A stretch of 64,000 nt of DNA. Origin: Blasia pusilla (taxonomy: Eukaryota). Positions 40,015-50,355 of this stretch are shown in pieces. Below the pieces are notes generated by a model. It did not search any database and was not told the DNA's origin. It saw only the letters and a list, made by a program, of their open reading frames with translations. The position numbers and the translations under genes are program-made. Every line of letters begins with the position of its first letter. Within the stretch, counting starts at the first letter, position 1. The DNA is taken from assembly GCA_050084515.1 (NCBI GenBank), contig CM114271.1, positions 7,440,001-7,504,000 of the forward strand. The letters are read 5' to 3'.

Positions 40015-42760
40015 ATGAGAGACTTGGGTATATTGAAGGACCCTAGGATACGGATTGAGTTGGCTAGTGATACGCCAATCTTTCGTCAACCCTACAAGTA
40101 TTCTGATATGGAGCGAGCCCTGATTCAGAGCAAAAGTCAGGACTTGTTGGAGGTAGGACTTGTGGAGTTATCACATGGGGAGTATGCATCTGCCACAGTC
40201 ATGCCGGAAAAGAAGGATATGTATGGCAATTGGATGGATAGGCGGATGTGTGGAGATTACCGTCCTATCAATCGACAGACGAGGTCAGATCGGTACGCCA
40301 TCCTACTCGCGAGGAGATCTTTAATGTGGTAGGGCATGCAAAGATCTTCAATACTTTAGATCTCCGTAATGGCTATCATTAGCTTCCTATTAGGTTGGAG
40401 GAAAAGGAGAAGACAACATTCTGGGGGATAGATTGGTTCGGGAGAGATTGCTTGTATTAGTGGCGGTTCTTAACATTTGGGTTGAAGAACGCGCGTGCAG
40501 AGTTTCAAAGAGTGATGGATGGGATTTTGGCTGGCTTGGATTTTGTACGATGTTACATAGATGATATTCTTATCTTAAGTTCCACGGTTGAGGAGCATGA
40601 GCAACACCTGGAGGAGATATTTCGGCGATTGCAATTACATGGACTGAAGTTACATCCAGGCAAGTGCAGATTCTTTCAAGAGCAGATTGAGTACTTGGGA
40701 CACACCATATACCCGAGTGGGTTAGGCATTCAGCAGACAAAGGTAGAGGCTATTGCACAGATTCCATGCCCTACAGATGTGAGTCGAGTCCGACCATTTC
40801 AGGGACTGCCGAGCTTCTATTGACGGTATGTCAAGGGTTTGAGTGCAATATCAAAGTCTTTGACCTTGTTGACGAGACTTGATCAGGTTTGGTTGTGGGG
40901 AGATGATAAGGAGCGACCATTTCAAGAGCTCAAGGACAGGTTGACTTCCTCACCCATTTTACAGAGACCGGTTAGGGGTCGCCCATTCCAGTTACATACG
41001 GATTGGAGCATGTTGGGTCTAGGAGCAATGCTTACTCAGAGGGACGACGAGGAGAGGGAGTTTGTTGTGGCTTACGTGAGCCGATCAAACAACATTGCAG
41101 AGGCAAACTACAGCTCTTACGAGGGAGAGTGCTTGGCTGCAATGTGGGCCGTGGCACATTTTAGGTGCTATTTATTCAGCAACCCTTTCACACTTATCAC
41201 TGATCATCAGCCGTTGAGGTGGTTGATGGAGTCCGACAAGCTTACGGGAAAGCTTGCAAGATGGACTCTATTACTACATCAGTATGAGTTTGAGGTGGTT
41301 CATAGACCATGTCAGCTGAACCAAGATGCGGATGGGTTGAGTCGTAACTCATATCCGAGTCGGAGAGATGAGGAGATGGTGCCCGGTTGGCATGCATCTG
41401 CCTATCTTTGTTGGTTGAATATGGTAGGTCAGCCACAGGTGATGACTCCAGTGGTGGGGTTGGATGATGAGTCTTTGGGTCCGAAGGTCGAAGGTCAGTG
41501 AGGAGGCGACATGTGATCGTGATATCCATGACGACATGGAGGTTGTGGAGTTGTTGCGCATTGGCGTCATAGCGAGCATAGTGAGTACTAGGGAGCGGGA
41601 TCGGATCCTATAGAGAGCCATGAGGTTCAGGTGGGAGGGGACTCACATTTTTTGGGTATGGAGAAATGGTAGGATACGAGTGGTACCTCATCCTTCCCAT
41701 CGAGCACGTGAAGTGCGACATACCCATGAGGAGTTGGGGCATTTTGGAGTAAAGCGTACTTACAGCTTACTCCACGTTTAGTATTGGTGGCGCGGCATGC
41801 ATACTAGGGTAGAGCAGTTTGTGGCCAGATGTATGGTATGTGATAGAGTGCGAGCATCCTTCAATGCTCCCACTCCGCAGTTACATCCTTTGCCGATTAT
41901 GGATTTAGGTTATCGGTGGAGTTTAGACTTTGCGGGACCTTTGCCATTGACGAGGCATTATCACAGGTATGTGTTGGTCATGGTGGAGCATTTCTCCAAG
42001 TAGATAGAGTTGGTGGCACTACCGGACAAGGCGAGCAAGGGAAGAGCTTATGTGTTTCTAGATCGTGTGCTTAGTCACTTTGGTGCACCGGAGGAGGTGT
42101 TGATTGACCAGGGTACCGAGTTCAAGGGAGAGTTTCAGGCCTTGTGCGATCAGGCGCAGATAGATCACCACACCACATTGAGAGATCATCCTGCAGCGGA
42201 TGGGTTGGCAGAGAGAGTTGTACAAATAGTGAAGAGAGGATTGCGCAAGTATGGCTTGTGGCCAGGATAGTTGAGGGAGTGGGACCTACAGTTGCCATGG
42301 TTGGCTATGGGTTATCGCTTTAGTCAGCAGGCATCCTTGGAGTTATTTTCACCGTACTTTTTGCTCTTTGGGAGAGAGCCAGATTTACCTGCAGGTATTC
42401 TACGTGACATGCAAGAGATGTTAGATCTTGATGATCCAGATGTGTGGGTACAAGCGTGTTCTTAGAAAGCGGAGATTTTTTGTAGAGTTATGCTTGTGGC
42501 CTTTGAGAACTTAGCTATTGCTCAGCATAGAGATACATTGAGGTACGCGACCATTCGTGGAGGAGGTTATCGTCCAAGGATTAGGAGGTTTCATCTTGGA
42601 GATTACGTGTATTTATAGCAAGCGGTACCCACGACGCTAGATGTCACTGCAGGGCGCACGATCCTACGTGTGTGCGAGGTATTACCGACCGGAGTCCTCA
42701 TGTTGGAGGGACGGATGGTATGGTATGGAAGGATCATGTGCCCAATGGTACGCCATGTCA
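40015..42760 (+). pseudogene. RT, RNase H and integrase of copy B
   Basis: RRMCGDYRPIN, CYIDDILI, FQLHTDWS, HEELGHFG...CMVC, WSLDFAGP, DQGTEF, GLAERVV. Confidence 0.93.
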
Positions 42761-42821
42761 TCTTCCAAACGTAGACGGGATAGTGGATCCGAGCTTGGCA
42801 CTGGAAGCTGCATGCTTGAGG

Positions 42822-42957
42822 TGTATGTTATGCGGATCTACGAGGGATGCAGCCACCATGTTGGTATGTGATGGTTTTTCTCGAGGGTGGCATATGTCAT
42901 GTCTCGACCCCCCCTCTTGATGTATTTCCGATAGGACGATGGATGTGTCTGAGATGT
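42822..42957 (+). pseudogene. PHD finger at the integrase C-terminus of copy B
   Basis: CMLC...MLVCDGFSRGWHMSCLDPP-(frameshift in C run)-LDVFPIGRWMCLRC; C4HC3 spacing with one Cys lost. Confidence 0.85.
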
Positions 42958-43378
42958 ATAGAGGGTAGTAGGTCTTATGAGAGAGATGTGATATTTTCTA
43001 TCTGGAGTTAGGGGGATCCAACTGCCAGCTAGGGGGGCAGTTGTGTGATCTCCATGTATATGTATGAGTTGATTTCTATACATATGTGGATCTACCCGTG
43101 TGTGGGGAAGATCGGTGTTGTGTGGTGTAGATGTGACCAGCGATTTATGTTGTGCAACGATATGTATGCGCACGACAACTTTCAGATATATGTTATGTTC
43201 CTGTTTCTTTCAGTTTTTCAGTGATAATTTTTGAGAGAATCTTATAGTGGTCATGTCTAACAACATGTCTAATTCTAACGTTCTTCTCACATTCAACCTT
43301 CCTCTATCATGCAACCTGTCAGATCGCGACAGGTTGCATGTAAGGATGATGCCTTCTATTTAGTTCATTCTCTCTCTT

Positions 43379-43762
43379 CATTTGTTATGTCATCAGACTT
43401 CTGACGTCTACCAACTTGTCGGATTGTGACAGGTTGGTAGGCTGATTGCTTCTATTTTCCTCTTAGTTTTACCTTCTAGGCTTTCTTGTTGGCTTCCTTT
43501 ACTTCTCACATGTGTGTTTAAACAAAGTTTCCAAATACCCATCAGCCTCGTAAAGACTCTATGTACCCATTCCTAAGCCAACATTTTTAACTGATTCGTG
43601 GCCTCTAGGTCTTCTGAGTCATTGTTGACAAGATTGGAATCCTACACTTTCTACCAAACTCGCCAGCCTGTCAACCTGTCATCTTTTTCAACTCATCAGC
43701 CTACCAATCCGTCACAATCCGACAGGTTGGTAGACGTCAGAAGTCTGGTGACGTAACAAACG
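43379..43762. repeat. Foldback: ~68-bp inverted repeat arms (43379-43446 and 43695-43762)
   Basis: Arms are reverse complements with a handful of mismatches. Confidence 0.8.
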
Positions 43763-46700
43763 TTCATCTTTTTAAACATTGGTAAACAGTCTTACAGAGG
43801 AAGGAATTGAAAAAGATGACAGATAAATTCAAGATGTCATCTTTTTCAATTCCTTTAGCTCTAAGATTGTCATGAGTGAGAGAAAACATCCCATCTGTCA
43901 TTAGTGAAAGTATTGGGCTAGATCTAGTAGTTAGAGTGTATTTTGAACGGATTTGATTGGTTCTATTGTGAAAAAATCCCATCTGATGGATCTGCATTGA
44001 TCGGATGGGATTTTTCATGCATTGATGGATTAAGAGCCCTCATACCCAACATGGTGAGGGTGGGGTCTTAGATCAAGAGCCCATAATCTTTTCATCTATT
44101 TGAGAAGTCAAACCCTGAAGGGCATTGTAGTCTATTGACACCATAGTCCAAGTGTTTATTAGCATCTATTATTTTTGTGAAAATAGTTTTGTACTGATGA
44201 AATTCTCTCCATATGGTTATGCAACCATAATATACCCTTTGGCTGGTTTACCCTCTAGCTTACAGGACAATGTGATAAATTTTTGGCTTACATAGAAAGT
44301 GATGTAAGCATGTATAAAGTGGTCTTATTATGTCTACTTTTAGATCCAAGCCTGGAAAAACAAGGTTAGTTTATGCCCCAATTTGGTCAACTTGTTACTC
44401 TCTTCTAAATATTTCTTGCATTTGAAAGAGAGAAAAATATAAAGAAATGTCATGAAGTTTTGAAGACAGACAGCGAATTCTGCCCTTTTTTTTTTTAAGA
44501 GAGACTCTCCTCTTTTCCTCTCTCCTGCTAGAATACCAACCCCCATATTAAAGTAATTACAGATATTTCAAGAGGTTCCTACCTACGAAGAAGCGCTTCA
44601 AATCTCAAGAACTACTACAATCCAAGATAGTATTTAAATAATACCAACGTAGTTCATAGCATCATTCTTTTAAGATATCACTATGCTGTAGGAATGGTCC
44701 AAGCAAGAGAGAGTACCCTCTTGAGCTTGTAATTACATTGGAGCTTTCTTGTCTTTGATGGAGTAATAGAGCCTCTTCTCTTCATTCTATGCTTGACTCT
44801 CTTAGGTCTGCGGAGTGAGGAGAGGACTGTGATAGAACTCATTCAAGAAAGAATCATCAATAGGAGAGATGTATGAAATATGTCTGACAAAAAGTAACCT
44901 GCCATGATAGATTTAGTTCCACTAGTAGGATGAGCCGTCTCACTACTGAGTTCTCAATGAGATTCTTTCGTGTTCCAATGAGGTCCTATACAGAGAGTTC
45001 TTTCTTATTCTACTAGAGAAAATATTTTGAAGGAAACAATGGTACTTGTTACTGAGAGGATGTTGTGATTGATATCTCTATCCTAACAACAAACACATTC
45101 TCAGAATTCATGCATGTTTTTTACTATTCAAACTCTCTTTTCAGATAACTGTGATCTTCTTGGGGAACGAATTGCATATTCTTGATTGAAAGATCACGTT
45201 TTACCTTTCTTTGTACATTACAAAAGGATTTGAACATATCTTTATAAAGAAAGAAGTGCTTCATATCTCAAGAACCCCTTGAGTTTGCACCAATATTTAA
45301 AGATTATTACAGTATTTCGCATCATCATTCTCTTAAGATGTTGTTATGTTGTAGGAATGATCCGAGCATTGAGAAAGGAGAACCCTCTTAGGCTTGTAAC
45401 TGTATTGAGTCCCTCATGTCTTTGATGGAACAAATGTCTCCCCTTTCTTCAATCTAATGTGCGGAGTGTATGCATGATCTTATGGGGTCTACAGAGAGAA
45501 GAAAGGTTGGTTCTTGAATTCAATCAAGAAAGAATAGACAGTGAGGGAGATGTATGAAATTTGTTAGAGAGAGAGTAATCTACCTCGATGGATTAAATTC
45601 CGATAGTAGGTTGAGCCATCGATTCACTATGTTATGTATGACGTCCGTTCTTGGTTAATCGAGATCCAGATCATGAGAGGTTATTATTTGTTCCACTTGA
45701 GAAGTTACTCTTAGGGAAATTAACATATTTGGTACTTAGTGAAGTCTTTCCTGTTTCTTCGTTTCCTACATTATTGAGAAACTTAATGAATTGTTCTTTT
45801 TTATTACAAACTTCTCTTTTCAAGAAATTGTGATCTTCTTGGGGAACAAACTATATACTATTTGATCAAAAGATTATAATTTCCATTCTCTTGTACAATA
45901 CATATAGAGTTGAGAATTTTTGGCGCCGCTGCCAGAGACTACACGCTTATCTGAAGAAAGAAGAGGTAGAGGTAGTGGGGTTTGGCGGAGACGAATTAGG
46001 AAGAAAATTTTGTTCAACCCCCAAACGTACAATTGGTGTTGACAGAGGAACATCTGCTCTCCCTAGCTCGTCCTCTTAGGTAGTGGATTGGGGAGTCTGA
46101 ACCGAACTCTTTTGCAGAGTGAGTGTTGAGGACAATAGAAAGATTACTCCATCTAGTGAGAGAACCTGCTACAAGGAGGTGTCCAACCCATGCACGTCAG
46201 TTCTACTAGGTGATGACCTGCTACTTCTATTTATGGGAGGAAGATCTTGAGCGGAGAGTGCAAGCGCAGTGAAGAACAACTAGATTGTTTATTTTGTAAT
46301 CCTCATGGAATGTTTCTTAGTGAATTGTCTGTGTGTGCAAGCAATAATAATAGATCTGTGGATTACCTATGGAGTTAGATTGACCGTCTCAAAATTAGCA
46401 AGTTAAGAGATGGAACAAACATCGAGGAGAGAACACATCTTAGAAGCCACCAAGAATTGCACTCAATCCTCGACCACGAGTAAGATCTAGAAGGAGGGAC
46501 GGAAGCACGTCTCCTCGTGTCTCTATCTCATCTTTGCGAGGGCCCAAGGCAGACAAGGAATTGACTTAGAACCCATTTGGGGAATCCAAAGATGAAGCAC
46601 CCCCGTAACCGCCAAAGTGAGAACCGCTACCTCCGCCCTCTTAAAGAGTTAGCCCAAGGCTTGACGAAGAAAAGAGTCTGCACATGGCTAACATGAGAAA

Positions 46701-47959
46701 AATGTTGCTAAGGTATCCCACCTTTGCGGGGAGTCGACGAGATGAGGTAGAAAACTTTGTGTTGGAATTCACTAATGTAGCCAGAGCCAATGGGGAAGGG
46801 TTAGAAGAATAACTGCTAAGAGTCTCTCTGGGGTTACTTAAGAAAAGAGCGCGCCAATGGTACGACGATCTTGATGCAGAGACCAAGGAACTTGGAATTT
46901 GGTGCTATAAGCCTTCATGCATACGTTTAGAGATCTAGAGTTTCAGGACTCGCTCCTCTTGGAGCTCCAAGACTTGAAAAGAAAGAAGAAAGAAACTCTG
47001 AGAGAGTATTTTTGAAGGTTCTGTAGCTTGGTCAAAAAGCTTGAACATACCACAATCTTACAATTGGTGGATTGGTTTTTCTCGGGCTTATCAAAGGGGG
47101 TGGATTGATATTGTCGCTGAGGACAACGCGACTCTTTAGAAGTCATGATTGTGTCCGCTGAAGCTTATGAGGCTTTAGAGAAGTGTGGAAAAATCAGGCG
47201 TAGATGTCATCATCGGAGGAAATCTTCGCGATCAAGCTCACCATCTGAAGACTCTTCATCTTCTAAATCGATTGAATCATTTTCAATGAGTTCTAGCAAG
47301 GAAACCAATTCCTTGAAAGAGTGCAAGACTAAGGGGAAGAAGGGGGACAAGTCAAAGAAAATTGCTTCATTCTTTGGCACCAGTTGCACAGCAAAGAGTG
47401 CCCGAAACTAAAGGCAGAAATCGGTGAGTCCTGCACGCAGACCCAAACAGGATGGAGGGAAATCTACCATCAAAGAGCTCTCCAAAAAAATGGCGGAGCT
47501 CAAGGTACACTTACTTGCACAAAAAGATCCTAGGAGGAGGCTGGGACTAATGCGACCTAACATCTGTTGTAGCTCGTTCGGAACTCAAGGACACACAACA
47601 TCATAGTGTAATTTCCACAAGGATTTTCGTTGGGTCCAAAACAAACCAACAATAGAAGATGGATGGTTTGAAGCTAAGCTATGGGAAGGGTGCTATGCCA
47701 TACCCAATCCCACCATCCCCTGAATTAGATACGTATCTCCGAAATTTGGGGAACAGAGATCCCTCACACAGATTATGGGGCCGGCAACTTTCACACCATT
47801 GATAAAGAGGAACAGTTGCTATAATTGTGGGGCTCCTAATCATTGGGCCAATAATTTTCCCAATCCAAAGAGGCCGGTAGGGTTGAATCCTCTATGTGGT
47901 AATTGCAAGGAAGGAGGTCATACGGCAGTGGAGTGCCCCGAACCTAAGGTTCCATGACT

Positions 47960-49194
47960 TGTAATTTACAAGAATAATAGAAAATGGTCTTTTTAATGAA
48001 CAATGTGAAGTTTGATCCCCAAGAGATCACTATCATCTGAAAAGAGAGTTTAAAATGTTCATTATCATGTAGAAATTATCGAGATGGGTATATGAGTCAA
48101 ATAAACACATTCATCATGACATTCTCTCCTCAACAAGTACCAAGGTTTCATTCAATTTATCCTCTCTAGTGGAATAGGAAGAATGCTCTAGCAGACCCTC
48201 ACTCAACACAAAAGAACCTCACAGAGATCTCAACAGTGAGATGGCTCTTCCTAATCTTAGAACTCAATCCGTTATGGTAGGCTACTCTTTGTCAAACAGA
48301 TTTCATACATCTCTCTATTAATCATTCTTTTGGTAAAGGCTTCTCTCCAAATCCGCTTCTCACTTTGCAGACCCAAGAAAATCATTCATAGACACCGCAA
48401 ATTAGAGTAAAGAGAGGAGGTTTTTTATTCCATCAAGAACAAGAAGGCTTCAAAGTGTTAACAAGCTTGAGAGGGTACTTCTCCCTTGCTCGGACCATTC
48501 CAAGATCATAAGGATGTCGTAAAAGAATGATGCTATGAACTACTTTGATGGTCTTTAAATACTCTCTCAAACAATATTGGTGCTAGTAATCTGCAGCGCT
48601 TCTTGACAAGTAGACACCTCTTGGGATCTTTTAACTACTTTGATCTACGATTCTCTTTTCTTTTCCTATGACCCTTAGGAATCTGTTGGCACTAATTGCC
48701 CTACCTTCCTATCTACTCGAAAGCGATATGTCTGTTCCTAGCCTAACTACTCTAACGATGTGTCGCTTGCAATCGCGGACAGTCCTCTCTTGGTTACAAA
48801 GTTCTTTGCATCTTTGTTCTTCCTTGACTGGTGAAGTGCTTCGCTCCTCTTCTTCGGTGCTTTGTCTTCAAGTACTTGGTTGTCTCATGCTTCGCCATCT
48901 TTAACAGCCTTCTTTGCTAAGACACATAGGTCTTCATTCTTGGTCTTGAGATTTCGCTGGTTCATTTCCCTCTCCTCCAAGGCAAGTCCTTGATTTTTCT
49001 ATCTCTCTGCCTTATCCCAGGAGCTTTCTAATCGATCCTAAAAATCCTCCTTCCTTGATTACACCAAATTGATAGTGAAGAACTTCCTTTATATAAAATC
49101 TTTACTTCCATGCAGTCTTCAGTCTTCATTCTTGAAGACTTATGTACTCCTTTTACAAAAAATTGGTCCTATCTTGAAAATTGGAGGTATCACA
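47960..49194 (-). mobile_element. Solo LTR of the Athila-like family, antisense in gag
   Basis: TGTAAT...GTATCACA ends, TSD TGACT/CGACT, reverse complement of 50356-51575. Confidence 0.88.
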
Positions 49195-49568
49195 CGACTA
49201 CTTGTCAAGTATGTCTCCACCCGCCCCCTCAGCCAGAGGGGAAGAGTGAAGTCAACGTCTTGCTGGTCAGAATTGAGGAAGTGGTGTTGCCAAGAGTTGA
49301 GAAGACGGTCGGTATCAACAAAGAGGACCCCGTTCAAGGGTCCATTAAGGGGGAATCCTCGTAATAGCCAATGGCCTTGCTAGAAGAGGTCTTTTCGGTG
49401 GATGCCTGTGCAAGTAAAAAGAAGGATAGATGGGTCACAAAGACCGTTAGGAGAAAAGAGTCCATGAAGGGGAAGGCATAACCCTTTCGTATGGGAAAAG
49501 TGATCCTCAAAGGCGATGTCGACCCTGCGTTCGATTGGAACCATACAAATGATTTTCATCAGGATGTG

Positions 49569-50179
49569 GGAGGAGCGGTAAGAGGAGAGGAAGAGAGGAG
49601 AGAGGAGAGAGGAAGATATTGGCAACCCCTAAGGCTCTTTTGGTTTGAAGAGAGTTTCCCATTGGTTGAAGAGGGATTTCGACCGGTTGGAGAGACGAAA
49701 GTTTTGACCAATTGAAAAGGAAATTTTTTTCCAAAAATATTGTGGAAAAAAATTTGATGGTGAATATGAAATTTTTTTTTTAAAATTAATTTTTTTTATC
49801 TTTTCAACCCGTCGGAATCCGATGGGTTGCAAATTTTTTTGGTTTTTTTCTTTTTGGTTAAGGAAATTTTTTCATTTTTTTGGGTTTTCTTAACATTTGC
49901 AACCCGTCGGAATGCGACACGTTGCAAACGTTAAAAAACCCAAAAAAATGAAAATTTTCCTGAACCAGAAAAACAAAAACCAAGAAATTGCAATCCGTCA
50001 GATTCCAACATGTTGCACTAAGTTTCATCTCTTCAAAAAAAATCTCCAAAAAAATTACTCACTTATTATCCATAATCTTCATATTTTTTTAAGAGAGTTT
50101 TGGTTTTTTTCCCCTTTTGTGCCTTTTTTTTTAAGAGAGACTCTTCTCTCTTCCGCTATCTTGCCTGAATACCAGCCCC
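49569..50179. mobile_element. Non-autonomous Mutator-like element (~610 bp)
   Basis: Perfect CAGGATGTG(G) 9-10-bp TSD (49560 and 50180), G-rich termini, internal CAACCCGTCGGA/TCCGA..GTTG palindromes; the host gag rejoins across it. Confidence 0.78.
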
Positions 50180-50355
50180 CAGGATGTGGAGGAAGAAGTA
50201 CAAAGTCAAGTATAGGAAGACCATTCCCGAAGATCTTTGATGAAGGGGAAGGACCACGAAGAGCCACAGGTGACGGCCCCAATGACTTTGCCCCTTATTC
50301 TAGAAGCCTACGATCTGTTGAAGGACATAGCAGCAATCGGAGCCAACATCTCATT

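Larger units (their letters stand above)
33215..43177 (+). mobile_element. Ty3/Gypsy retrotransposon with DNMT3-like and PHD domains, copy B (most complete, decayed)
   Basis: Leader, gag (~34690-37480, split by a solo LTR), protease (~37900-38240), DNMT, RT (YIDDILI), RNase H, HHCC/DDE integrase, PHD, PPT AGGGGGGCAG, terminus ...GCGCACGACA. Left boundary approximate. Confidence 0.92.
32438..44544. mobile_element. Remnant of a MULE-like DNA element hosting DNMT-Gypsy copy B (own sequence ~32438-33210 and 43178-44544)
   Basis: GACAGGTTG/CAACCTGTC motifs on both sides of copy B. Right end TTTTAAGAGAGACTC...AATACCAACCCC matches the end of the element at 49569-50179. Confidence 0.5.
44545..50355 (+). 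mobile_element. Athila-like Gypsy fragment 1: two partial LTRs (ending 45222 and 45902), PBS-like site, decayed gag, no pol seen
   Basis: LTR 3' halves ending in TACA, TGGCGCCGCTGCC at 45921-45933, gag LLRYPTFAG and knuckles CYNCGAPNHWANNF and CGNCKEGGHTAVEC. Confidence 0.75.
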
